Below, piece after piece: positions 39,523-51,517 of a stretch of DNA of 64,000 bases. The position numbers were made by a program, and so were the translations under genes. Where the stretch lies: positions 95,790,001-95,854,000 of the forward strand of contig OZ024740.1 of NCBI GenBank assembly GCA_964016885.1, in the 5' to 3' direction. The notes under the pieces were generated by a model. That model saw nothing but the letters and a program-made list of their open reading frames with translations. It was not told the DNA's origin and made no database searches. Every line of letters starts with the position of its first letter. Positions within the stretch are counted from its first letter, which is position 1. This DNA comes from Eledone cirrhosa (Eukaryota).

Positions 39523-39952
39523 GTAGTACATTGGGGAATGATACATTTTCATCATATAGTTTTTTCAGGCCTGGCGTTTAAATAACATTCTTTATTAGAA
39601 TCTTCATATTCGTTTTGCTTAGCAAAAGCAAGAATGTCCATAACGCACACTTTTGACAGTATTTAAGGGATATTCTTCTCATCAAATATCTAAACAACAT
39701 ATGTGTGAATGCATTGTCTAATATGATTTTTGTTTTGATATGATACGTTGTTATTTGAGAGACCCTCAACTAATAATTCTGTCGGAACGATATGGGGTCC
39801 CATTGAATTATGAAATATATAATAATTAAGGTTATTATAAACACAATATTGAAGTTAATGATGATCATGGAAATGATAGTGTTCCCAATAGAGCAAAACG
39901 TTTTGAGCTTATCTTACAGAAATTTATGTTAATTCTTTCCTGCAAACCGCAG

Positions 39953-40099
39953 CGCAAAAACCTGTGATGTTATTATGCTTTCAACAAAGAAGCGGACAAT
40001 TGGACACCAAATTATCACCGAGACAATTGTACTTATTCGAACAGCTGAACTGTATTGAGATACAGAGTAACGATTCAAATGAAAAACATTGTACCTACG
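39953..40099 (+). CDS. Candidate host exon (147 nt, symmetric phase 1), Cys-containing
   Basis: Acceptor ttctttcctgcaaaccgcAG, donor g/GTATAT; open frame AQKPVMLLCFQQRSGQLDTKLSPRQLYLFEQLNCIEIQSNDSNEKHCTY. Confidence 0.35.
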
Positions 40100-40941
40100 G
40101 TATATTTGAAATCATATCCATTGAGCTAGAAGATCGTGATCATCTTTTGTGTTTAACATTTAAGAGAAGTGGGAATATATGCATTAAAATAAAATAAACA
40201 CAGCTAAACAATATTAGTCTTCCAGTTTCTTACATTATCTATTTTCTTTTATTTCACCATCGATGTTGTCAAGGCGCATTTTGCTTTTGTTATTTCTCTT
40301 GTCGTTATCTTCTGCTATTATTGGCTGAAATAATTTACAGAGTGCATTCGGCCTTTGGCAGAATTGAACATACTAAATTAGGTGAACCTTTTATCTATTT
40401 TCTCTTCTCATTTTAAAAGTTAACAGAAAACCAGACACCATTTAGGAACAGCATATTGATTTATATCCTGTTTTGTTTTTATTTTATTCCATTTCTTTGC
40501 TTGTTTTACTTTGCTCTAGTTAATTTTATTTAATAATTTCTACAACATGTTTTTATGCATTTACATTTCATATTTTTATACAATTCATTTATTTTAAACA
40601 TTTTCATTCGTCGTGGTTTACATATGTTCTTTTCAACGAAACTTTCAATTAATTCTTTCTTATTTTATTCGTTCGTAACCCGCTCGCTTTATTCTTCAAA
40701 TTTTCCATTTTATACTATTTTTCATTTTATTATAATTCGAAATGTTAAAGTCTTCCTAATTTGTATATGCATTCATCTTCCTCGCGCTTCTTAGATTAAT
40801 CGTTATCGTTTTCAATACTTTTTCATCTATCGTTCCTAAAATATTACACATTTTTTTTTACTTCCATATTTTTTTATTCCTATCTTGTTCTATTTTAGCG
40901 CATCGTTATCTTACAGTCTTTCAATGATTTCCTTCACACAA

Positions 40942-40973
<32 letters not shown>

Positions 40974-41039
40974 TTTTATTTCGATCGACTTTCGTAATAG
41001 CGGACCAAGGAAACAATGTTTCCATTGGTCTTAGCAATA

Positions 41040-41192
41040 GCTAATACTATCTATCGGCCGCAACTCCAGGTAGAAGGGACAATGTGAAATAAAGTGCGTT
41101 TCTCTGGGACATAACGCATCGCCCGGTCCTGGATTCGGACTCATAACCTCGCGATTGTGAACCCAATTATCTAACCATCTCAACCACACACC
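41040..41192 (-). mobile_element. tRNA-derived SINE (second family)
   Basis: Minus: gtgtggttgagatggttag (A box), gagtccgaatcc (B-box-like), then gcgttatgtcc..gcactttatttcacattg body. Confidence 0.7.
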
Positions 41193-41210
41193 GTTTGCGG
41201 CGACACAATC

Positions 41211-41332
<122 letters not shown>

Positions 41333-41345
41333 GTATATATATATA

Positions 41346-41399
<54 letters not shown>

Positions 41400-41427
41400 A
41401 TCAAATGATGGTTAAATGAGTTCCATG

Positions 41428-41498
41428 TATTTTATTATGCGCATTTCAAAAACAAATATCATCATGCAATAATATTTGTGTTTTCATCAGATAAAATA
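41428..41498 (-). ncRNA. Intact type-I hammerhead (antisense copy in palindrome)
   Basis: Reverse complement of 41634-41704. Confidence 0.85.
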
Positions 41499-41633
41499 GG
41501 AGGACATGATATGAAGGTTAAAAAACACTTGTGGATAGTGCAGTTTTAAATCAACATATGTTGATTTAAAACATATGTTGATTTAAAACTGCACTATCCA
41601 CAAGTGTTTTTTAACCTTCATATCATGTCCTCC

Positions 41634-41704
41634 TATTTTATCTGATGAAAACACAAATATTATTGCATGATGATATTTGTTTTTGAAATGCGCATAATAA
41701 AATA
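41634..41704 (+). ncRNA. Intact type-I hammerhead, AUA cleavage
   Basis: Stem I tattttat/ataaaata (8 bp); CUGAUGA 41642-41648; stem II aaacacaaatatt/gatatttgttttt; GAAA 41685-41688; palindromic AUGCGCAU; AUA 41694-41696. Confidence 0.88.
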
Positions 41705-41827
41705 CATGTAACTCATTTAACCATCTTTTGATCTTATATATTATGTATACTCCAGTCCTACAAACTGTAGAGTGCTTCTTATCCGATATCTGCATTGCTT
41801 TATTGTACTACAATAAAACTCACCTCC

Positions 41828-41937
<110 letters not shown>

Positions 41938-42376
41938 CATACATATATATATATTTTTATCAACTTTTTATATTAATTTTTTATCAAATTTTTAATATAT
42001 TCATTTATTTATTTTTATTTGTATTTACATTTATTCATATATTAACGTTTATTCATTTATTTTCCCTTCTACTTTTCTTTCTATCCTACGTTATTTTTAA
42101 TTATGCTTGTGTCTCCTCTGCCTCTGATCATTTTTATATATTTCTTCTTTTTCTATATATATATTTTTTTTCTCAGTAATAATTCTCCTTTTTCTTCTTT
42201 TTTGTATTTCTTTTGTTTTATTTTTCTTTATTTCTTTCTTTATTCTTTCCTTTCTTTCTTAACTGTATCTATCGCCTTTTCTTCCTTATGTTCTCTCTAT
42301 ATCTTTATTATTAATATTATTATTGATGATGTAATTTGAGTTCGTAAATTTGCCGGTTACACATATATTCAATTAG

Positions 42377-42486
42377 CAGTTTCTGAAGATCTGATCGAGC
42401 TAACATCGTATTTGAAATTGAGTGGCACTGCTTCTAGTGTGCAGCAAATTTTAGACGTCTTTATCAGGGAAACAATTGTTAGACTG
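42377..42486 (+). ncRNA. Type-I hammerhead with long loop II
   Basis: Stem I cagttt/agactg; CUGAAGA 42383-42389; stem II ctgat/atcag; GAAAC-AAUU-GUU 42469-42480; AATAAA just downstream. Confidence 0.82.
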
Positions 42487-42539
42487 TAAATAAATCCCAT
42501 TTTTTGTGCTGTAGACCTTGTTATTCTCCACTGTTTCAA

Positions 42540-42585
<46 letters not shown>

Positions 42586-42595
42586 TGTATATATT

Positions 42596-42828
42596 TATTT
42601 GAAAAAAAGGAAGAACGACTTCATTTGTAGTGATAACAAATTTATGATTTAATGTTATACTATATTATGATATTATATAATAATATTATATTATAACATT
42701 AAATCATAATCTTATAATATTATATTATAACACTAAATAATAAATTGTTTAACACTACAAGTGAAGTCATTATTTTTCTTTTTTTCAAATATACCTAACT
42801 GTACCAATGATCTCACACGTTTTCCAAT
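42596..42828 (+). repeat. Fold-back unit + short tail between (TA)n
   Basis: About 50-bp imperfect IR 42596-42645/42739-42791, internal AT-rich IR, ~35-nt tail. Confidence 0.7.
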
Positions 42829-42844
42829 ATATATATATATATAT

Positions 42845-43124
<280 letters not shown>

Positions 43125-43274
43125 TTTATTTTTTTTGTTATTGGCAACATGACCCTCCCAAAGTATAACGATATATATATATATATATTTTTTTTTTAAT
43201 TACTCTGGAACAAACAGGCTCAGCTGCACACTAATTATCGGTAAGCAACCCACGCAAACTCAAATGTATATATA

Positions 43275-44177
43275 TACTAGCAGTGGTTCCTGGCGTAGCA
43301 GGGGATAATGTATTTTGGAACGCGGGCTGTCAACAGACCTAATCGTGGAAAAAATTGCATGCCTGGACAATATGTAAAGAAAATAAACCGAATAATCTGA
43401 TCGCTTGATAATCTGTAAGATTTTCCTCGATGAAGAAGGAAACATTCAGTTTTTCAGCTAATGCGGGTCTAGGGGATCAAGAAAATGAATTTTTTTATGT
43501 GCATAATATGCTTTGAAATTTCGGGCAAATCGGCCTCAAGAAAGCTCTAAAAAGCTGAAAAAGGGAAGCTTTTATCCTAATGCGGGATCTAGGGCATAAA
43601 AGAAGTTGGATTTTCTTTGGTCTCGGTATGGAGAAGAGCCTGACTAATACATAGTTACAATTTCAAGTAAATCGGTCTGACGTAACGCCTCAAAATACCA
43701 CTATAAACCTGAAAAAAGCAGTTTTTCACCTAATGCGGGCCCTAAGGGATCGAAAAGTTGAATTTGTTATGTGCATAAGACTCCCTAAAATATAATACAC
43801 ATGTAAAGTTTGATAAAAGTCGGTTGCATACTTCTTGAGTTTTAGGGATTCAAACTCACACACAGAGAGACATCCTCAGGGAAGTGACGTCATGCAGACA
43901 GTTAGACATACAAACATATATTATAAGGGCGCGTTCTGGACGCAGAGGGAATTGTAGGAAGTGACGTAATGCAGACAGTCATACATACAGACAGATATAT
44001 AAGGGCGCAACATTATATGTATGTATATTTCTAAAAAGAGAAAGACCAGGAATTATACGGAGAGATCGCTAAGTCGCTGAATGTGGTCCCTAGGGTAGCG
44101 AAAATTAGAAAAAAGTCGGTTTGGTGCTTCTCGAGCTTTAGGGATTCAAACTCACAAACACAGACACACTCGGTTTC

Positions 44178-44180
<3 letters not shown>
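43275..44180 (+). mobile_element. Non-autonomous Helitron/Helentron-like (DINE-1/HINE-type) element
   Basis: Starts tactagcag..cctggcgtagcaggg hairpin, ends acagacacactcggtttcg-(TA)n; internal repeats ctaatgcggg x3 and ggaagtgacgt.atgcagacagt x2. Confidence 0.55.
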
Positions 44181-44263
<83 letters not shown>

Positions 44264-44268
<5 letters not shown>

Positions 44269-45226
44269 AAAAAGTATGACCCCGACGGCAGAGCTCAAGC
44301 CGTTTTGACGGCTATTACAGAATTAAATTAGAATGTTTAGCCTGGTGAATAAATAGCCGAACTTATCAAGGGGGTACTTCCTTATATGCGAAGATTGTAG
44401 TTTTCAAAAGGATTGGTTAAAATTTGTTGTAAACACAAATAAGTCTATCATGGCATTTCGTGAGAGGTAGGGGTGGCTGAACTTGCCTACAGAACAATAG
44501 GGGAGTGAGTGGAGCTCAATAGGGGAGTATGTCGGTGCTGGTAGAGCCGGGCCTTGAAGTCACACGCGGTTAATCCTATATAAGCTTTGTTGGAGGTGTC
44601 CGTCCTCACGTTGCACTGGTACATCACGTTATGTTCTCGGCATTTGTTGTTGAGGGGGCACGTATATCTATAAAGGCACTTACACCTCCTTGTCTGCTCT
44701 ACACTGATGTCTAGGTTGTTTCTTCATAGGGTTTGAGTTTGTTGTTGTTTGAAGAGACGATGTATTGTGCGAAGTTCGGTGTGGTGCTGTAGGAGAGTTT
44801 GATGGTGTTTTTGTTGATTATGTTCTGGTAGCGGTGTTGTAGTGGGAAGTGCTTTTCGAGGAGCCTAAATAGGATTTTCCCGATAGGTGTTGCCACATCG
44901 GCATTATGGGGAGAATTGAACCACGTCATGTTGCGTCTGCGGCGCTGTCGCCTGCTGGTTCCGTAAAGGGAAGCTGGATGAAAGGATATTTCTTCCCGGA
45001 AGCCACTCCGCTTGAGAGCCTGGTTGTAATGGGGTGCGTGTGCGTCGAATATTGGTTAAAAATTCACCAGGCTAAATATTCTAATTCAGTCCAGAAATAG
45101 CCGTCGAAACGGCTTGAGCTTTGCCGTCGGTGTCATACTTTTTCCTATTTCCCACTCTACTACCCTAAGTTTTGAGTACTCTTGTGCGTTATGGTCCATC
45201 TGGTTCCGTACCACAATTTCTTTGTT
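44264..45226 (-). mobile_element. 5'-truncated Penelope-like element with inverted pLTR (family C)
   Basis: Minus ORF WFNSPHNADVATPIGK..KHFPLQHRYQNIINKNTIKLSYSTTPN and GIY-YIG (NVMYQCNV..AYIGLT); IR arms 44264-44350/45062-45148; 78-nt tail beyond one arm; TA flanks. Confidence 0.9.
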
Positions 45227-45448
45227 ATATATATATATATATATCCGACGAAGTGTGCAGGTGCGCCTCTTTGCTCCGGAGTAATTCAAAACTACAAGTG
45301 TAAGTCAACAGGTTAAAATTAATTTCGTTTTTTGTTATTCGCTGCAAATTTATGTTATTGCATTGGATGTATATATGGAGCTTCCAACAGAAATTGTCGC
45401 ATTCTTTAACGGTATGTCAATATTTATATATAAAACTGACATGTATTA

Positions 45449-45513
45449 TATTTTATCTGATGAAATTGCACCATAATTTGACTTGGTGTCCTTGAAATAT
45501 GTATAATTAAATA
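45449..45513 (+). ncRNA. Type-I hammerhead, family B
   Basis: tattttat-CUGAUGA(45457-45463)-aattgcacca/tggtgtcctt-GAAAU-AUGU-AUA-attaaata. Confidence 0.7.
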
Positions 45514-45668
45514 AATATGGTTTTATAAATATAGTTTCCATTTGTTAATATATCGTATTTTTACTCCAATAATGTGTTGAGTGCTTTATATCAGTTATAC
45601 AAATATTTTCTTGTTGTATCCCAACAATTTAAATATAACTTCTACATCTCTCTCTCTCTCTCTCTCTC

Positions 45669-45746
<78 letters not shown>

Positions 45747-45794
45747 GAATTGGCGCTCTGAAATAGTGATATATATATATGAATGTATATATAG

Positions 45795-46246
45795 TGTATT
45801 TTGCAATTCACTGTATGCTTAATTAAAAGCATTTCGAAGACCTTGTGCTATTGTTTTAGAGTAGTGACAGTCTCACTTACTTTAAATGTTCAGCAAACAG
45901 GGGAGATAAAGCTGACAGAGCTATGTTTCGTACTGATTGGTACTTATCAAAGCCAAGTACTCCACCTGTTTGCTGAACATCATGAAAGTTTGATTCTTAT
46001 ATAATTTCTAGTATTAATCCTGATTATTACTAGAAATTCTATAAGAATCAAACATTCATGATTTTCAGCAAACAGGTGGAGTACTTGGCTTTGATAAGTA
46101 CCAATCAGTACTAAACATAGCTCTGTCAGCTTTATCGCCCCTGTTTTCTGAAAATGTTAAGTCAGTGAGACTGCCACTACTCTAAAACAATAGCATAAGG
46201 TCTTCGAACTGCTTTTAATTAAGCATGCAGTGTATTGCAAAATACA
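45795..46246. repeat. 452-bp long hairpin (about 225-bp arms, 2-nt loop)
   Basis: About 16 substitutions and no indels by manual alignment; centre near 46020. Confidence 0.92.
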
Positions 46247-46289
46247 GTCACTGAAGAGGTCACATAAAGTGTGACGAAAGAACTTTGAC
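46247..46289 (+). ncRNA. Minimal hammerhead directly 3' of the long hairpin
   Basis: gtca-CUGAAGA(46251-46257)-g-gtcac..gtgac-GAAAG-AA-CUU-tgac. Confidence 0.75.
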
Positions 46290-46500
46290 AATATATCAAC
46301 AATCGTCTAGTTGTGGAACCAACCAAAAAATCGGAAATTTATAAATTCCTAAATTTATAAATTTAATTTATAATAAATTGAGGTGAATGCATCTGGTGCG
46401 TGTGTTTCTTATTGGCAACATGACTCTCCCAAAGTATAACAATATCTGTTTCAACACACGTTTTCAGATATAGATCTTAATAAACAAATTCAGAAACGAA

Positions 46501-46637
<137 letters not shown>

Positions 46638-46816
46638 TATATGTATATATGCGGGTATTCAGTTATGTATGTATATCACATCGCACTTATTGTCAGTTTG
46701 GTTTATTACATATCTGATTCAGTCTCTTATATCATTCACACGTCGAGTTATTTATAAATCAATTCATATTTTTTGTAATTCATTATTCTTCCTTTACGTT
46801 CTTCTTCTTCTTCTTC

Positions 46817-46905
<89 letters not shown>

Positions 46906-49900
46906 GTTATTCCTTGAATCTCAGTCATTGATGTTGGTTAACTGGAAAGTCCGTTGGATTGAATATCATGCCACTACCTGCAGCCTCAGATATTCAGGAC
47001 GTATCGGAGGGTTCTTGCTGTTCCAAGCAAGCATGCCTTTTGAAGCGTTCCAAAAAGCGTGAAGGGGCCGATTTTCTTTAACCATCCCTGGAAACCTTTG
47101 GAGATAGTCCCCAGTGCGCCTATGACAATCGGGATCACTTTGACTTCATGGCAGTTCCAAATCCTTTTCACCTCCCACTTTAGGTCCTGGTATCGGTTAA
47201 TTTTCTCCCTCTCCTTCTCTTGCACTCTCGTGTCGAACGGGCAGGCCACATCCACAATCAGGCACGATCTTTTTTCTTTGTCCACAACCACCAGGTCAGG
47301 TCTATTGTGTTCCAGTTTTTTGTCCGTCTGTATCCTAAAATCCCACAGCACCTTCACCTGACTGTTCTCCATCACCGCCTCTGGCCTATGCTCATACCAT
47401 TTCTCAGAATGTGGTAGATTGTTTACTTTGCACAGGTGCCAGTGGATCATCCTGCCCATCACATCGTGTCTCCAGCCCTTATAGTGGGTCTGGGCTAGGT
47501 GTTTACACTCGGACACAATGTGAGCCACAGTCTCCTCTCTCTCTCCACAGATCCTGCACAGTGGGCTAGCCTCCTCCTTGTAGATATGGTGCTTCAACCA
47601 CTTCGTTTTGAGGGCCTGCTCCTGCGCAGCCATTAGCATTCCTTCTGTAGCCTTTTTGAGGTCTCCTCTTCTCAACCAGTTCCATGTCTGTGGATCTCTA
47701 AATTCAGTTTTCTCAAAGAAGGTACTATGAAGGGATTTTCCCTTAAGGCTGCCCTTCCTCCTTGATGTTATTTCCTCCTTGGATATCCCCTGGCCTACTG
47801 TCCCCTCCTTCAGTACAGCTCTGAGCATTGGCTCCTTACTATAGGTCACGTATTTGTATAGGTTGTTTTTCTCCATCTGAACACAGTCCTCTATGCTGAT
47901 AAGACCTCTTCCACCCTCAGATCTCCTTAGGTAGAGTATATCGACATCACTCCTCTTGTGGAACATGCTGTAGATAGTCAATAGCTTCCTAGTCTTCCTA
48001 TCCATTTCTTTTTGTTCAGCAACATTCCATCTCAGAATTCCCGCACTGTACCTAATAATAGACACAGCTCGGGAATTTACTGCGCTTATGGCATTTCTGC
48101 TGTTCAGATGTGACTTCAATACGCTCCTTACTCTCCGAATGTATTCAGTTCTTAACAATTCCTTCATTTTTTTGTTCTTTATGCCATCAGCCTCCAGAAC
48201 GCCCAAATACTTGTATCCTTCCTCAGAGTCAATTTCCTTTATCATCTCACCTGTTGGTATCTGGATCCCGTTACTTCTGCTCAACCTACCCCTCTTCATC
48301 ACAATGACTCCACATTTACCAATACCAAACTGCATACATATATCACTGCTGAAAATACGGACAGTGTCAACAAGCACATCCAACTCCTTCTCACTTTTCC
48401 CGAAGAGCTTAAGATCGTCCATGAAGAGGAGGTGATTGATGGTAAGCTCTCCCCTTCCCAACTTGTATCCTGCTCTCACTTTTCGCAGCATAATGGTCAA
48501 GGGCATCAGGGCAAGGACAAACAACAGAGGGGACAGGCTATCTCCCTGGAAGATACCTCTCTTGATCTTCACGCTTCCCAAGGATACTCCAGTTGATGCC
48601 AACTCTGTCTCCCAGGACCCCATACTCCTGCCCAGCAACTGTCTGATGTTATCTGCCACCCTGAAGATCTCCAGGCTTTTGGTGATCCAGGAATGAGGCA
48701 CCATGTCAAATGCCTTTCTGTAGTCTATCCATCCCATGGCAAGATCAGTGTGTCTCCTCCTGCAATTCCCCAATCTTATCAATAAGCAACTGGTCCTTTG
48801 TACCACGTGACTTCTTTCGGCATCCTTTCTGTTCGTCCGTTAACAAGTTGTTTGTGTGGAGGTGATGGTAGATTTCCTCAGACACAATGCTCGTCAACAG
48901 TTTCCACATTACGGGCAGACATGTGATAGGTCTATAGTTGGTAACATCATTACCCTTGATTCGGTCTTTCATTATCAGAACTGTGGTACCTTTTGTCAAC
49001 CACTCTGGCACCTCACCCGACACCAAGCAGTCATTGAACATGGCCGTCAGCTTCGGGTGGAGGGATGTTAAATGTTTAATCCAATACCCCTGCACACCAT
49101 CTGGGCCTGGTGATTTCCAGTTGGTTAGTTTTTTGGCTTGCCCCTTAAGAGTTTCAACTGTGATACTCAAATCAGTCTGTTGTTGTGCCTGCTCACCGAT
49201 CTCCCTCTATACTGTCTCAATCCACCCTGCCTGGGCATTGTGTCTAACATCCTGCTCCCATATTCCTCTCCAGAATGTTTTAGCTTGTTCCGCCATAGGG
49301 ATCAAGTCGTTGCCTCTTTCTTTCCCCTCAAGCTGTCCAAACAGCATCTTCTGGCTGTTGTCGAACATGCGGTTCTGTTTATACTGACTGACTCTGTTCT
49401 CGTATCGCCTAATTTTGGCACTCTTTGCTACAATGCGTTGCTTCAATTCCTCTATGATAATATTTAGCGTTTTACTCCTAGTTTTGTATTTTATTTCCAG
49501 TCTATTTTTAGTGCCTATGTTTTTTATTGTCCCATTCAGTAGTGACTCAAGCTTTCCTATGTCATTTCTCATTTCCCCGATTTGCCCACTCAGTCGCTTC
49601 TTCCACCCCGGCTCTGCTCTTTCTTGTCTGTTGTTTCCTCTCGCTTTTATACCAAGTAGTTTCCTCACCGTATTTGCTGTTGCTTTGAGGATATTGTTGC
49701 ACTGGTGAAGACTCCTCGCCTCAAGGTATGGGATGACTTTGTTTACCTTAGCTGTTGTTTCTTTTAACTTTTTCCTGTCTACAAATCTTAGGTTCATAGG
49801 TCTCCCACTATCATTGTTCAACTCATCTACCACTAAATTTAGGATGTCAACCGAATCTTGTCCTAGCCCGTCAACATTCATCTCCTCAGTGGCCGTATCT

Positions 49901-51441
49901 CTGTTCCAGGTATTATTTATCTCAGTATTCAGATCATTGTCTGCTTCGGGTGGTTCCTCCGTTCTCAGGACCTCCTCACCTTCATTTCCCGCCGGCTCGC
50001 TTGTCTGGCATACTACACCCGCCATCTCCAAGCCATTCTCTCTGCTCAGTTCCTCCAGTTCCAGCTCGCTTATCCACCCATTAGTTCTTATTACCCGAGC
50101 CTGCCCGGCCAATTTTTGTTCATCTAATTTAAATAAACCAATCTCGTTCCAGATGTTATGCATCCGTCTCCTGTAGCCCCTCTCCTTGGGGTTATTTTTC
50201 AGGTAGCATTGCATAACAGTTCTATTCAATTCTTTCGTCCAGTTGGTTCTGGCCCCTTTCCTTCTTCTTCTTCCTCCAACATCAGCAGTATTTGGTTGAC
50301 AGTCAGGTTCCTGCTGCTGAGCCAGGGGGCACCTGTTGGGTGAGAGTCTGTCACATGACGTTCTAGTCTCCATTTCACCGTTATTCGAACTGTTTATGTT
50401 CGATATTTAAACACTCTTATCGAGGATTGGCGAATGTATGGTTACATATCCATCTGTGGATCCGCCATTCCACTTGGCCCTTGTGTGGCATTATCACCAC
50501 GCTGTATACGAACACACATAAACAAACAAACACACAGGCAGAAAGGGCCCCAAAAATGAATAAGCATAAGTTTCATTGTAATGTAGTGTTCGAATGTCTG
50601 ACTTATTTTTTGTTTTTTAAGTTTTAGTTTTTCCCCCCTCTTCTCTGTCCGTCCGCCTGCTTCTCTCTTCATTCTTATTTTCTTTACGTTTTGGGGGTTT
50701 CTTTTTTTGTTTTTGTTTTTCTCTGTTTGTTTTTCTCGTTTTTTGCTGTTGTTGCTGTGCTGCTTTGGTTTTGTTGTTTGTTTTTTCTTTTTTCTTTTGA
50801 GTCTATCTATATATTTTGATGCCTTCCTCTTTGTTAGTAGTAGGAATTCTATAATGTGGAAGTGGCAGCCAGCAGAGACTGGCGGCGTTGGCGATACTGA
50901 GACAGTGGTGGTGGTGATGTCGATACCGAGGCAGTGGTGGCGGTGATGCGACCGTATTACTGTAGTGATGGTGCTGTAGCGGTGGCAGCAGCAGTGAAGG
51001 AGTCAAGGGGTGGTGGCGGCGGTGATGGGATAGTGGTGGTAATGATGGCCGTAGTGAGCGGTGGCGGTGAAGGTGAAAATGCTGTTGTGTTTAGTGTACA
51101 CAGATGATGGGGTGGGTGGTGTATCTAGTTTCTGGTGTTGGTGAGTTTAGCTGTCCTATATAGTGTAGCCAGAGGAGAGGAAGGGGGGGGGGGGTTCTTC
51201 TTCTTCCATTTATAGCCATTTTTTTTTTTGGATATACAGTGTACAATACAAAGTTGAATATTTGAATATTTGAGCCTTATAACAATATATTTTGGGTCCG
51301 AATTTTTTGGGGCTCAAGCCGGGTGCTTTACGTAGCATTTGTACTAAGAGTTGTTATTTCACAAATGATTTAAATATGTTAAAAATTCAAAACTTACGGG
51401 AGCGATTTCATGACCTCCGTCACCTCGTGCGTCTTCTTCCC
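46817..51441 (-). mobile_element. Full-length R4/Dong-clade LINE copy 1 (disrupted ORF) with (TAA)n tail
   Basis: Near-identical to 51442-56036; nonsense codon at 49207 and 5-nt deletion near 48772. Confidence 0.93.
46986..50373 (-). pseudogene. RT-RLE polyprotein pseudogene
   Basis: Three ORF pieces (388, 141, 606 aa) colinear with the 1130-aa ORF. Confidence 0.93.
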
Positions 51442-51517
<76 letters not shown>

